Assembly (NCBI GenBank): GCA_964551495.1
Contig: CAZKCA010000002.1
Coordinates: forward strand, 19,648-83,647
DNA from: an uncultured Candidatus Saccharibacteria bacterium
GTDB lineage: Bacteria; Patescibacteriota; Minisyncoccia; Phycocordibacterales; DATDWN01
Direction of reading: 5' to 3'
Length of the DNA: 64,000 nt
The position numbers and the translations under genes are program-made. Below, one piece after another: positions 19,421 through 29,968 of this stretch; position 1 is the stretch's first letter; each line of letters begins with the position of its first letter. The notes under the pieces are model-generated. The model saw only the letters and a program-made list of their open reading frames with translations. It did not search any database and was not told where the DNA came from.

Positions 19421-19633
19421 ATGAATCTTCAACAAGGGGACATTGTCGAAGCCAGGATTCCGACAAATAACCATTTTGCGGGAGATGGATACACTAAAGC
19501 AAAAGTCTTGGAGGTCATCTCTCAAGATGAAGTTTTGCTCAGAATCTCAGCTTTTGGCGACACAGTCATTGCTCCAGAGAACAAATGTCACTTTGTTCTC
19601 CATGGATACGCTTACAACAAGCGCCCTGCCTAA
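19421..19633 (+). CDS. hypothetical 70-aa protein (GC-elevated mini-gene)
   Basis: It has a strong SD and its own promoter-like signal, and its stop codon is embedded in a GC hairpin terminator. No family was recognised. Confidence 0.55.
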   Translation: MNLQQGDIVEARIPTNNHFAGDGYTKAKVLEVISQDEVLLRISAFGDTVIAPENKCHFVLHGYAYNKRPA

Positions 19634-19644
19634 GGGCGCTTTTA
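19621..19644 (+). terminator. rho-independent terminator
   Basis: GCGCCCT-gccta-AGGGCGC followed by TTTT. Confidence 0.7.
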
Positions 19645-19691
19645 CACTGTAATTTTTATTATAAATTTGATAGTATGGGGTAGATAAACAT

Positions 19692-21086
19692 ATGAAAAGA
19701 ACCTATATAAAAGATTTAACAAATTTTGTTGGTCAAGAAGTTATTATAAAAGGCTGGGTAGATGTTCGTCGTGATCAAGGTAAACTTGTTTTTATGGATA
19801 TGAGAGATATGACAGGTAAAGTCCAGTGTGTTGTTTTACCTAACCACACAGAAGCCATGGAGTCTGTAAAAGATGTCAGAACTGAATGGGTTTTAGAGAT
19901 TAAAGGTCTTGTAAATAAAAGACCAGAAAAAAATATAAAAGAAGGAATATTAAATGGTGATATAGAATTAGAAATATTAGAAATTGTTGTCTTGAATAAA
20001 TCAGAAACAACTCCTTTTGATATAGGACAGGATACAAAAAATGTTTCAGAGGATGTGAGACTGAAATATAGATACTTAGATTTGCGTTCAGATAGAATGC
20101 AAAAAAATATAAGAAATAGACATAGGGTTATAAAACATATAAGAGACTTTTTAGACAGAGAAGGTTTTGTGGAAGTAGAAACACCCCTTTTAACAAAGTC
20201 TACTCCAGAAGGCTCTCGCGATTATGTGGTTCCCGCTAGACTTTATCCCGGAACTTTTTACGCATTACCTCAATCTCCTCAACAATACAAACAACTTCTT
20301 ATGACTTCTGGTATCGAAAAATATTTTCAAATAGCTCGTTGCATGAGAGATGAAGACACAAGAGGGGATAGACAACCAGAATTTACTCAACTGGATTTAG
20401 AGATGAGCTTTGTAGAGAGAGAAGATGTCATGGAAATAAACGAAAGATTGATGATAGATCTGGTATCTAAAATCTACCCAGAGAAAAAGATTCAACAAAT
20501 TCCTTTTCCTAGGCTTACTTACAAAGAAGCTATGGAAAAATATAACTCAGACAAGCCAGACCTAAGAGAAAACAAAGAAGATCCAAATCTTTTGGCTTTT
20601 TGTTGGATAATAGATTTTCCTTTCTTTGAAAAAACAGATGAGGGCGGTTGGACATTTACACACAACCCTTTTTCAAAGCCAAAAAATGAACACATGGATC
20701 TTTTGATGAACAAAGAAAAAATAGATCAAATTTTAACAACTCAATACGATTTAGCTTTAAATGGCTATGAAGTTGGAGGAGGGAGTATAAGAAACCACAT
20801 ACCAGAAGCACTGGAAAAAGTTTTTGAAGTAATGGGACACAAAATAGAAAACATAAAGAAAAATTTTGGACACATGATGGAGGCATTTTCTTTTGGAACA
20901 CCTCCTCATGGAGGAATAGCTTGGGGTCTAGATAGACTTATGATGCTTCTCCAGAATGAACCAAACATAAGAGAAGTTATAGCATTTTCTAAGACTGGAG
21001 AAGGAAAAGATTTAATGATGAATTCACCTTCAGAAATTAGTCAGGAGCAACTAAACGAGTTGAATATTTCCCTTAAAAAGAAATAA
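19692..21086 (+). CDS. aspS: aspartate--tRNA ligase (short form lacking the bacterial insertion domain)
   Basis: OB-fold N-terminus. Class II motifs are FRDEDTRGDRQPEFTQLDLE-like (CMRDEDTRGDRQPEFTQLDLEMSF) and GGGSIR...GTPPHGGIAWGLDRL. Confidence 0.95.
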   Translation: MKRTYIKDLTNFVGQEVIIKGWVDVRRDQGKLVFMDMRDMTGKVQCVVLPNHTEAMESVKDVRTEWVLEIKGLVNKRPEKNIKEGILNGDIELEILEIVVLNKSETTPFDIGQDTKNVSEDVRLKYRYLDLRSDRMQKNIRNRHRVIKHIRDFLDREGFVEVETPLLTKSTPEGSRDYVVPARLYPGTFYALPQSPQQYKQLLMTSGIEKYFQIARCMRDEDTRGDRQPEFTQLDLEMSFVEREDVMEINERLMIDLVSKIYPEKKIQQIPFPRLTYKEAMEKYNSDKPDLRENKEDPNLLAFCWIIDFPFFEKTDEGGWTFTHNPFSKPKNEHMDLLMNKEKIDQILTTQYDLALNGYEVGGGSIRNHIPEALEKVFEVMGHKIENIKKNFGHMMEAFSFGTPPHGGIAWGLDRLMMLLQNEPNIREVIAFSKTGEGKDLMMNSPSEISQEQLNELNISLKKK

Positions 21087-21105
21087 AAATTGATATAATG
21101 ATTCT

Positions 21106-21837
21106 GTGAACGAAAACTCATACACAGTTAAAACAGAGATATTTGAAGGTCCACTGGACACTTTGCTTGGTCTTATAGAAAAAAGAAAATTATTTATAAA
21201 TGATATATCTTTAGCTCAGGTGGCTGATGATTTTATAGCTTATGTTAAAAACTTAGGTGATTTTCCTATGGCAGAATCAGCCAATTTTATATTGATAGCA
21301 TCTACTTTGGTTTTAATTAAATCTAAATCTTTATTGCCCAATCTTACTTTATCTCAAGAAGAAGAACAAAGTATAGATGATCTACAAGATAGATTGAAAG
21401 AACACCAAAAATATAAAAGATTAGGAGAAAGTCTTTTAAAGATTTTCAATAAAAAAAATTTATATATAAAATTACCACCTAAACAAACAAAAGTTTTGTT
21501 TGTTCCAGACGAAAGAATTAATTTAAAAAGATTGTATGAAGGTATAATGGGGGTTATATCTCAAATACCTAAAGTTGAAAATTTACCAAAAACCGTGGTT
21601 CAAAAAGTTATCAGTTTAGAAGAAATGATAGAAAATCTCACAGACAGAATAACAAAAAGTTTCAAAATGAGTTTTAAAGATTTCTCTGGAATAGGCAAAG
21701 AAGACAAAGTAAATGTTATAGTAAGTTTTCTGGCTATGTTAGAATTAGTAAAACAGGGAATTATACAAGTTAAACAAGATAGAGCTTTAGACGATATAGA
21801 AATAGAAACAAACAGTGTTAGTGTTCCAAGATATTAA
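21106..21837 (+). CDS. scpA: segregation and condensation protein A
   Basis: FEGPLDTLLGLIEKRKLFINDISLAQVADDF is a typical ScpA N-terminus. The start codon is GTG. Confidence 0.9.
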   Translation: MNENSYTVKTEIFEGPLDTLLGLIEKRKLFINDISLAQVADDFIAYVKNLGDFPMAESANFILIASTLVLIKSKSLLPNLTLSQEEEQSIDDLQDRLKEHQKYKRLGESLLKIFNKKNLYIKLPPKQTKVLFVPDERINLKRLYEGIMGVISQIPKVENLPKTVVQKVISLEEMIENLTDRITKSFKMSFKDFSGIGKEDKVNVIVSFLAMLELVKQGIIQVKQDRALDDIEIETNSVSVPRY

Positions 21838-21838
21838 T

Positions 21839-22378
21839 ATGGATATAAATTTAATTTCAAAAAAAATAGAGGCCGTTCTTTTTTATCTATCAGAACCAGT
21901 AGATATTAAAAGATTATCTAAAATACTAGAAGTTTCTACAGAACAAATAGTTGAGGCGGTTAAAATACTAAATGATTTATACCAAGACAGAGGGATAAGT
22001 CTTATCATTCACGGTAATGAAATATCTTTAGTCACATCAAATAGCGTAACTGAAACAATAGATAAACTAATCCAAGATGAACAAAAAAGAGATATTGGCA
22101 AAGCGGGAATAGAAACCTTGGCTATAATAGCTTATAAAGGAACGGTTTCAAGAAGAGAGATTGAGTATATAAGAGGAGTAAATTGCCAATTTGCCCTAAG
22201 AAACCTACTAATAAGAGGACTTATAGATAAAAAACCATCTGAAACAGATGAAAGAATAATGCTTTATACTATAACTATGGATGCCTTGATGCATTTGGGT
22301 ATAAAAAATATAGAAGAATTACCAGAATATGATAAAGTAAAAAGAGAGATCGATATTTCACCAGAAATAGAAGAATAA
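21839..22378 (+). CDS. scpB: segregation and condensation protein B
   Basis: IEAVLFYLSEPVDIKRLSKIL and TLAIIAYKGTVSRREIEYIRGV. I chose the start at ATG 21839. The ORF-track start at 21815 overlaps scpA. Confidence 0.9.
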   Translation: MDINLISKKIEAVLFYLSEPVDIKRLSKILEVSTEQIVEAVKILNDLYQDRGISLIIHGNEISLVTSNSVTETIDKLIQDEQKRDIGKAGIETLAIIAYKGTVSRREIEYIRGVNCQFALRNLLIRGLIDKKPSETDERIMLYTITMDALMHLGIKNIEELPEYDKVKREIDISPEIEE

Positions 22379-22387
22379 AAATAATTT

Positions 22388-23338
22388 ATGGATACAGAAA
22401 ATAAAGAAAAATTACCCTTGTGGTTACTAATTTTAAATGCCTTTTTAATAATGGCCATAATTTGGTTGTTTTTCCTTATATACGGAAATATAAAAAGTTC
22501 TAAAGTTGTAGAAGCACAACAAACTGAAGAAATTGTAACTTCTCAGTTTTTTGAAAATATTGAAATAGAAGCAAAGTCTGCATACATTTTAGATATAAAA
22601 GAAAATAAAATTTTATACACAAAAAATGAAAATGCTCAATTACCTCTAGCTTCTATTACAAAATTGATGACTGCTATAGTTGCTCTAGAGTTGGTACCAA
22701 ATAATTCTAAAGTAACAATTAGGCCTGAATTTCTCTATGAATACGGGGATGAAGGGCTATTACCTGAAGAAAATTGGCAGTTAAAGGATCTTTTAGATTT
22801 TTCTTTGATTACCTCCTCAAATGATGGATCTCGTGCCATAGCTTCTGTTGTAGGATCAACTTTAGCTCAAACAGACGACTATAATTTGGGAAGGATAGAG
22901 TTTATAGAAAAAATGAACCAGAAAGCTAAAGATTTAGGTCTTGCCAATATGTATTTTGTAAATGAATCTGGGCTTGATATAAGTTCTTATCAAGCTGGAG
23001 CATATGGAACCTCAAAAGAAGTGGCTACACTTTTAAGTTACATAATAAAAAATAGACCAGAAATAGTAGAACTTACAAAATATAGCCAAAAAACAATAAA
23101 TTCAGAAACTGTTCGTCATAATGTTAGCAACACAAACAATCAAGTAGGGGAAATACCAAATTTAATACTTTCCAAAACTGGATATACAAATTTAGCTGGA
23201 GGAAACCTGGCTATAGTATTTGATGTTGAAATAGGCAGACCAGTTGCTATAGTTGTTTTAGGCTCCAGTTTAGATGGTAGGTTTAAAGATGTTTACAAAT
23301 TAAAAGAAGCTACATTTGATTACATTAGATCTCTATAA
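22388..23338 (+). CDS. D-alanyl-D-alanine carboxypeptidase (peptidase S11, PBP5/6-like)
   Basis: N-terminal TM, SxxK (ASITKLMTA), SSND (SxN) and KTGYT (KTG). Confidence 0.85.
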   Translation: MDTENKEKLPLWLLILNAFLIMAIIWLFFLIYGNIKSSKVVEAQQTEEIVTSQFFENIEIEAKSAYILDIKENKILYTKNENAQLPLASITKLMTAIVALELVPNNSKVTIRPEFLYEYGDEGLLPEENWQLKDLLDFSLITSSNDGSRAIASVVGSTLAQTDDYNLGRIEFIEKMNQKAKDLGLANMYFVNESGLDISSYQAGAYGTSKEVATLLSYIIKNRPEIVELTKYSQKTINSETVRHNVSNTNNQVGEIPNLILSKTGYTNLAGGNLAIVFDVEIGRPVAIVVLGSSLDGRFKDVYKLKEATFDYIRSL

Positions 23339-23341
23339 ATT

Positions 23342-25189
23342 ATGTGTGGAATATCTGGAATAATTGATAAATCTGTATTAAATAAAGATTCTGTTATAAA
23401 AAAAATGACAGAAAGTATTCATCATAGAGGACCAGATCAAGATGGATTTTTTGTTGATGATTTGGTTGGTCTTGGAATGAGAAGACTTTCTATTATAGAT
23501 CTTTCTACAGGCAAGCAACCTATTTTTTCAGAGGATGGAGAAATATGTATATTTTTTAATGGTGAAATATATAACTACAAAGAATTAAGAGAAGATCTGG
23601 TCAAAGAGGGTGTTTTGTTTAGTACAAAAACAGACACCGAAGTCATTCTTCAAATGTACAGACTGTATGGAGAGTCATCATTAACAAAACTTAGAGGAAT
23701 GTTTGCTTTTTGCATATATAACACAAAAAATAAAACATTGTTTTTAGCTAGAGATTTTTTTGGTATTAAACCTTTGTATTATTTAAAAGAAGAAAACACA
23801 ATAAGAGCGTTCTCCTCAGAAATAAAAAGTTTTTTAGAAATAGATAATTTTAAAGTGGAAATAAATGAAAATGCTGTATATAACTATTTATCTTTTCAAT
23901 ATAATCCGCTAAATGAAACTTTTTTCAAAAACGTATACAAATTGCCTCCCGCTCACTTTATGCATATAAATCTAGAAACAGGTGAAAGTCAAATAAAAAA
24001 ATATTGGTCATTTGAATTTGAGCAAAATAATAAATTAGAAAAAGAAGAAACCAAAAAGAAAATTTTAGAAACAATTGAAGATTCTGTGGCCCACCATATG
24101 ATAGCAGATGTGGCAGTAGGGTCGTTTTTATCTGGTGGGATAGATAGTAGTATCATAGCTACACTAATGCAAAAAATAAGTGGAACTAAAAAAATAAAAA
24201 CTTTTACTGTTGGATTTAGTTCTCTTTCTGAAGGAAATGAAGCCAAAGAAACATCAAGTTTTTTGGAAACAGATCATAGGGAAATTATTATAGGTCCAGA
24301 AGAATACTTTAATATTTTACCAAAAGCAGTATGGCACTTTGACGAGCCTGTTGCTGATCCATCGGCTATTGGTTTGTATTTTGTGGCAAGAGAAGCAAGA
24401 AAACATGTTACAGTTGTATTATCTGGGGAAGGATCAGATGAATTTTTTGGGGGTTACAATATTTATTTAGAACCTTTTGCCAGAAAAAAAGCATCTTGGA
24501 TACCAAAAAAAATATTAGATTTTGTTATATCTTTACCTTTTGAATTTTTTGGTAAAAATTATTTAAAAAGAGCCTCTAAAAATTTGTCTGACTGGTATAT
24601 AGGAAATGCCTCTGTATTTACAAAAGAAGAAATAGCTAAGCTTTGGAAAGGAGATGCAGGAGAACATCATTCTATTCTTCCTCTGTATAGTCATACAGCT
24701 GGACTGAGCCAATCTACACAAATGCAATACATAGATATAAATACCTGGCTAATAGGGGATATACTAGCTAAAGCTGATAAGATGACAATGGCTAATTCTT
24801 TAGAATTAAGGGTCCCATTTTTAGATAAAGAAGTTGCTCTACTAGCTAGAACTTTACCGGACAATTTTAAATGGCATAGGGGTGTAACTAAGTATTTACT
24901 GAGAGAAGCTTTCAAAAAAATCATTCCAGAAAATACAAGAAATAGAAGAAAGTTAGGTTTTCCTACACCGGTCCAAAATTGGTTTACTAAAGATAAAGAC
25001 GAATTATATAATACAATTCTGGAAAATGATTTTATCAAGAAAAAAATGAATATTTCTTATATAAAAGAAATTATAGAAGAACATACAAATCAAAAGAAAA
25101 ATAATTCTAGAAAAATTTATTTACTACTTATCTTGGCCTTGTGGTACGATATTTTTGTTCAAAAAAAGAAGATTTATCAACATATTTAA
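23342..25189 (+). CDS. asnB: asparagine synthase (glutamine-hydrolysing)
   Basis: MCGISGI N-terminal nucleophile and SGGIDSS PP-loop. 615 aa. Confidence 0.9.
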   Translation: MCGISGIIDKSVLNKDSVIKKMTESIHHRGPDQDGFFVDDLVGLGMRRLSIIDLSTGKQPIFSEDGEICIFFNGEIYNYKELREDLVKEGVLFSTKTDTEVILQMYRLYGESSLTKLRGMFAFCIYNTKNKTLFLARDFFGIKPLYYLKEENTIRAFSSEIKSFLEIDNFKVEINENAVYNYLSFQYNPLNETFFKNVYKLPPAHFMHINLETGESQIKKYWSFEFEQNNKLEKEETKKKILETIEDSVAHHMIADVAVGSFLSGGIDSSIIATLMQKISGTKKIKTFTVGFSSLSEGNEAKETSSFLETDHREIIIGPEEYFNILPKAVWHFDEPVADPSAIGLYFVAREARKHVTVVLSGEGSDEFFGGYNIYLEPFARKKASWIPKKILDFVISLPFEFFGKNYLKRASKNLSDWYIGNASVFTKEEIAKLWKGDAGEHHSILPLYSHTAGLSQSTQMQYIDINTWLIGDILAKADKMTMANSLELRVPFLDKEVALLARTLPDNFKWHRGVTKYLLREAFKKIIPENTRNRRKLGFPTPVQNWFTKDKDELYNTILENDFIKKKMNISYIKEIIEEHTNQKKNNSRKIYLLLILALWYDIFVQKKKIYQHI

Positions 25190-25221
25190 GTATAGATAAT
25201 ATTTTGCTATAATAGTATTCA

Positions 25222-26277
25222 ATGATAGATATACTGAAAATAGTAATACCTTCTGTTTTAACATTTTTTCTGGGTATATTTATTACTCCTTTTTTCACTA
25301 ATATATTCTATAAATATAAAATGTGGAAGAAAAATCCACGTACTGAAACAGGAGATATAACCTCTGAAGATTTTAATAGAATTCATAACACAAAAGGAGA
25401 ACTTTCTACACCCCGAATTGGCGGTGTTATTATTTGGATTTCAGTCCTACTAACAGTAGCAATCATATACTTAACTTCAGTTATATTTCCAACAGACCTA
25501 ACTTTAAAATTAAACTTTTTTAGTAGAAGCCAAACACTGATTCCTTTGTCCACACTTATCTTGGCGGCATGTATCGGATTGTTTGATGATATGATGCATA
25601 TTTTAGGGAAAGGAGCTTTTGCAAAAGACAATATAATATATAGAAAATTTAAAATTATACTAGTAACAATAATTGGTCTAGCTATATCTTTGTGGTTTTA
25701 TTTTAAACTAGATATGTCAACGGTCCATATTCCTTTCTGGGGAGAGTTCGATATATATTTATGGTTTATACCTTTCTTTATAATAGTTATGCTGGCTGTT
25801 TTTTCAACTTCTGTAATAGACGGAATGGACGGCCTTTCTGGAGGTGTATTGGTTACAATATTTACATCATATTCAATAATTGCTTTTGTAAACAACCAAA
25901 TAGATATTGCTGCATTTTGCGCTGTTTTGGCTGGGGGCATTTTAGCATTTCTTTGGTTTAATATACCACCTGCTAGATTTTATATGGGAGAAACTGGAAT
26001 GTTAGCCTTAACAACTACTTTAGCTGTTATAGCATTTCTAACTAATTCTGTAATACTGCTTATTATTATAGCTTTTCCTCTGGTTGCAACATCTGCTTCC
26101 GTTATAATTCAAATAATATCTTACAAGTTTTTTAATAAACATCGAGTCTTCAGAGTGGCACCACTTCATCACCATTTTGAAGCTATAGGATGGACTAGAG
26201 AAAAAGTAGTAATGAGATATTGGATTATTTCAGTTGTGTCAGCAATAACGGGAACAATCTTGGTTTTAATAAGCTAG
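25222..26277 (+). CDS. mraY: phospho-N-acetylmuramoyl-pentapeptide transferase
   Basis: Polytopic protein with motifs DDMMHILGKG, NVIDGMDGLSGG-like (TSVIDGMDGLSGG) and APLHHHFE. Confidence 0.95.
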   Translation: MIDILKIVIPSVLTFFLGIFITPFFTNIFYKYKMWKKNPRTETGDITSEDFNRIHNTKGELSTPRIGGVIIWISVLLTVAIIYLTSVIFPTDLTLKLNFFSRSQTLIPLSTLILAACIGLFDDMMHILGKGAFAKDNIIYRKFKIILVTIIGLAISLWFYFKLDMSTVHIPFWGEFDIYLWFIPFFIIVMLAVFSTSVIDGMDGLSGGVLVTIFTSYSIIAFVNNQIDIAAFCAVLAGGILAFLWFNIPPARFYMGETGMLALTTTLAVIAFLTNSVILLIIIAFPLVATSASVIIQIISYKFFNKHRVFRVAPLHHHFEAIGWTREKVVMRYWIISVVSAITGTILVLIS

Positions 26278-26283
26278 ATTTTA

Positions 26284-27384
26284 ATGAAAAAAATAAAAGT
26301 TGATATTCCTTTTTTAATATCGGTAATTATTCTTGTACTAGGTGGATTTTTGATATTCTCCTCAGCCTCCTTAGGACTACTTTCAAAACACGGGATAAAG
26401 TATGCCAATGTAGCCTTTAATCAGACTATATTTGGCTTATTTTTGGGCTCTATTGCTTGTTTCGCCACCTCTCATATAAATTATACTTTTTGGAAAAAAC
26501 ATGCTTTTTACATATTTTTGGCTGGTATAATAGCTACTTTACTTGTTTTTATACCAGGCATAGGTGTAGAACATGGTGGAGCCAAAAGATGGATATACTT
26601 AGGTTTTGTATCTTTTCAACCATCAGAATTACTAAAAATAGCTTTTATTATTTATCTTTCTGCTTGGCTTTCAAGTGTTAAAAACAAAATAGAAACTATC
26701 TCATATGGATTCGTTCCTGTATTCATAATGCTTTGCTTGGTTGGTTTAATTTTACTTTCACAACCAGATACCGACACTTTTATAGTCATATGCGCAGCAG
26801 CTCTATCAATATTTTTAATTGGGGGAGGAAAATGGAGACATATTATTATATTTGGAATTATAGGTATAATCGGTCTTGCAACTATTGCTTATTTTAGACC
26901 ATATATAAAAACAAGAATAGAAACTTTTATAAACCCAGGATCAAATATTCAAACTAGTGGTTATCAAATAGAACAGTCTCTTATAGCCATAGGTTCGGGA
27001 GGTATGTTTGGAAGAGGTTTCGGACAAAGTATACAAAAATTTAATTTCTTACCAGAACCAATAGGAGATTCTATATTTGCAGTGGCCGGAGAAGAGTTCG
27101 GTTTTATAGGATCCAGTTTAATCATACTTTTATTTATTTTCTTTACCTTAAGGGGACTTAAAATATCTATAAATGCACCTGATAGCTTTAGTAGACTTCT
27201 AACTGCTGGAATTGTTATAATGATAATGACTCAAGCATTTATAAATATAAGTTCGATGGTTGGAATACTACCTGTTTCTGGTATTCCTTTGCCTTTTATT
27301 AGCCATGGAGGAACAGCTTTATTTTTTGCTTTAGCTCAAGTCGGTATTATTCTTAATATTTCTAAATACGCAAAAAAGAAATGA
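26284..27384 (+). CDS. ftsW: SEDS-family peptidoglycan glycosyltransferase FtsW/RodA
   Basis: Ten-TM pattern with FQPSELLKIAFIIYLS, PDTDTF and PLPFISHGGTA. Confidence 0.9.
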   Translation: MKKIKVDIPFLISVIILVLGGFLIFSSASLGLLSKHGIKYANVAFNQTIFGLFLGSIACFATSHINYTFWKKHAFYIFLAGIIATLLVFIPGIGVEHGGAKRWIYLGFVSFQPSELLKIAFIIYLSAWLSSVKNKIETISYGFVPVFIMLCLVGLILLSQPDTDTFIVICAAALSIFLIGGGKWRHIIIFGIIGIIGLATIAYFRPYIKTRIETFINPGSNIQTSGYQIEQSLIAIGSGGMFGRGFGQSIQKFNFLPEPIGDSIFAVAGEEFGFIGSSLIILLFIFFTLRGLKISINAPDSFSRLLTAGIVIMIMTQAFINISSMVGILPVSGIPLPFISHGGTALFFALAQVGIILNISKYAKKK

Positions 27385-28508
27385 AAATATTGCTCACAGG
27401 AGGAGGATCAGGTGGACACTTTTATCCGATTATAGCCATAGCCCAAGAAATACACTCTTTAGTAAAAGAAAATAAATTGGTTAAACCCGAAATTTATTTT
27501 ATGTCTACAGATCCTTACAACGAAGGATTACTTTATGAAAATGACATAATATTTAAAAAGGTTACTTCTGGAAAAATAAGAAGATATTTTTCTTTGATGA
27601 ATTTTTTTGACCTATTCAAAATATTTTGGGGAAGTCTTAAAGCCCTGTGGCTTGTTTTTAGAATCTATCCTGATGTGGTTTTTGGAAAAGGTGGATTTGC
27701 CAGTTTTCCGGCGTTATTTTCTGCTTGGATATTAGGTATACCAATTGTTATCCATGAGTCAGATATAGTTCCAGGTAAAGTAAATGCATGGGTTGGAAAA
27801 TTTGCAAAAAGAATAGCTGTCTCGTATCCAGAATCTGTTGATTATTTCCCAAAAAACAAAACTGCTTATACGGGCAATCCAATAAGAAAAGAAATTATGG
27901 AACCCCAAAATACTGGCTCACATGAATTCTTACAACTAAACGAAACAATACCTACAATACTAGTCTTAGGAGGCTCCCAAGGTGCCCAAAAAATAAATGA
28001 TCTAATAATAGATGCTCTTCCATATTTGGTAAAAAATTATCAAGTTATACATCAAACAGGTAAAAACAACATAAAAATAATTAAAGAAACTGCAGATGTT
28101 GTGCTTTTAAACAACCCAAACAAAGACAGATACAGACCTTATGATTACTTAGACTTGTTAACCATTAGAATGGCCGCTGGGGCTTCAGATATAATCGTAT
28201 CTAGGGCTGGATCTACTATATTTGAAATAGCTAGTTGGGCCAAACCGAGTATATTGATACCTATCACTAAATCAAATGGAGATCACCAGAGAAAAAATGC
28301 ATACTCTTATGCTAGAGCCGGTGGATGTGTTGTTATAGAAGAAAAAAACCTAACATCAAATATACTTCTAGCTGAAATAAATAGAATTTTACAAAACCCA
28401 AATGAAAAAGACAAAATGATAGAGTCGGCCAAGAAATTTTCTAGAAGAGATGCTGCTAAACTAATAGCTAAAGAAATACTATCAATTGGATTAAAGCACG
28501 AAGAATAA
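27381..28508 (+). CDS. murG: UDP-N-acetylglucosamine--N-acetylmuramyl-(pentapeptide) pyrophosphoryl-undecaprenol N-acetylglucosamine transferase
   Basis: TGGGSGGHFYPIIAIA N-terminus, GGSQGA and SRAGSTIFE. It overlaps ftsW by 4 nt. Confidence 0.92.
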   Translation: MKILLTGGGSGGHFYPIIAIAQEIHSLVKENKLVKPEIYFMSTDPYNEGLLYENDIIFKKVTSGKIRRYFSLMNFFDLFKIFWGSLKALWLVFRIYPDVVFGKGGFASFPALFSAWILGIPIVIHESDIVPGKVNAWVGKFAKRIAVSYPESVDYFPKNKTAYTGNPIRKEIMEPQNTGSHEFLQLNETIPTILVLGGSQGAQKINDLIIDALPYLVKNYQVIHQTGKNNIKIIKETADVVLLNNPNKDRYRPYDYLDLLTIRMAAGASDIIVSRAGSTIFEIASWAKPSILIPITKSNGDHQRKNAYSYARAGGCVVIEEKNLTSNILLAEINRILQNPNEKDKMIESAKKFSRRDAAKLIAKEILSIGLKHEE

Positions 28509-28510
28509 CC

Positions 28511-29968
28511 ATGTCCGAAAAAAATAAAATTGTAACAAGATTTGCCCCTTCACCAACTGGATTTATGCACGTTGGCGGTGTTAGAACTGCATTATATGCA
28601 TGGCTTTTAGCTAAAAAAAATAATGGTCATTTTATATTAAGAATAGAAGATACTGATAAAGAAAGGGAAGTACCTGGGTCTATAGAACACATAAAAGAGT
28701 CTTTGCGATGGTTAAAACTTGATTGGGACAAAGGACCAGATAAAGAAGATCAAATTTCTTATATTCAATCAGAAAGATTGGATTTATACAAAAAATATGC
28801 CGAACAATTAATAGAAAAAGGGCTGGCTTTTGCGGATCCATATTCTCCAGAAGAGTTGGATAATTTAAGAAAAAAAGCAGAAGAAAATAAACTACCTTTT
28901 TTGTATAGAAATCATAGACCAGAAAATCCTCCAAAATGGGATGGCTCACAACCTTTAAGATTTAAAATATCGGACATAGAAAAAACTGAATGGAAAGATT
29001 TGGTATGGGGTGAACTATCTGCTGGACCTGATGCTTTGGATGATTTTATTATTATAAAAAGTGATGGCTATCCTACTTATAATTTTGCTCATATAGTCGA
29101 TGATATAGAAATGGGTGTCACACATGTTGTTAGAGGCCAAGAATTCATCTCTTCCGTCCCAAAGTTTTTAGCACTTTATAAGGCTTTAGATATTGACCCT
29201 CCTTACTTTGTAACAACTCCACCAATCATGGCGGCAGATGGAAAAAAGAAATTAGGCAAAAGAGATGGAGCAAAAGATATACTTGAATATAAAAAAGAAG
29301 GTTATTTACCAGAGGCCATGATAAACTTTCTTGCTCTTTTGGGTTGGAATCCAGGAGATGACAGAGAAATATTCTCAATAGAAGAATTGATACAAACATT
29401 CAGTGTAGATGGGATACAAAGATCTGGAGCACGATGGAACGATCAAAAATTAAATTGGATAAACAAAGAGTTTTTGAAAAAACTTCCACAAGAAGAGATC
29501 CAAAAAGAAATTCAAGATAAATTATTGGAAAATAATAAAACCAAAAATTTTGAACTAGTAAAAGATAAGGAATTCATTTCAAAAATTTCCTCAATAATTT
29601 TTGACCGAATAGATAAATGGTCAGATATAAATAACCTGATTGAAGAAGGGGAGTTACAGTATTTCTTTGATAAACCAAGCTATAGTATTGATAAACTCAT
29701 ATGGAAGGAGTCTAACAAAGAGGACACTAAAAAATATTTACTAAAAATTTCTGAGCTTTTGAATAATTCAAATAATTTTTCTAATATAGAAGATATAAAA
29801 AATATCATATTTGATTATGCCACAGAACAGGGTAGGGGATCTGTTTTATGGCCTTTAAGATTTGCTTTATCAGGAAAAGAAAAAAGTCCAGATCCATTTA
29901 CTTTGATATATATATTAGGAAAAGAAGAATCCTTAGATAGAGTAGCTAAAGCTATAGAAAGTTTGTAA
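28511..29968 (+). CDS. gltX: glutamate--tRNA ligase
   Basis: RFAPSPTGFMHVGGVRTALY (HIGH-type) and KLGKRDG (KMSKS-type). Confidence 0.95.
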   Translation: MSEKNKIVTRFAPSPTGFMHVGGVRTALYAWLLAKKNNGHFILRIEDTDKEREVPGSIEHIKESLRWLKLDWDKGPDKEDQISYIQSERLDLYKKYAEQLIEKGLAFADPYSPEELDNLRKKAEENKLPFLYRNHRPENPPKWDGSQPLRFKISDIEKTEWKDLVWGELSAGPDALDDFIIIKSDGYPTYNFAHIVDDIEMGVTHVVRGQEFISSVPKFLALYKALDIDPPYFVTTPPIMAADGKKKLGKRDGAKDILEYKKEGYLPEAMINFLALLGWNPGDDREIFSIEELIQTFSVDGIQRSGARWNDQKLNWINKEFLKKLPQEEIQKEIQDKLLENNKTKNFELVKDKEFISKISSIIFDRIDKWSDINNLIEEGELQYFFDKPSYSIDKLIWKESNKEDTKKYLLKISELLNNSNNFSNIEDIKNIIFDYATEQGRGSVLWPLRFALSGKEKSPDPFTLIYILGKEESLDRVAKAIESL

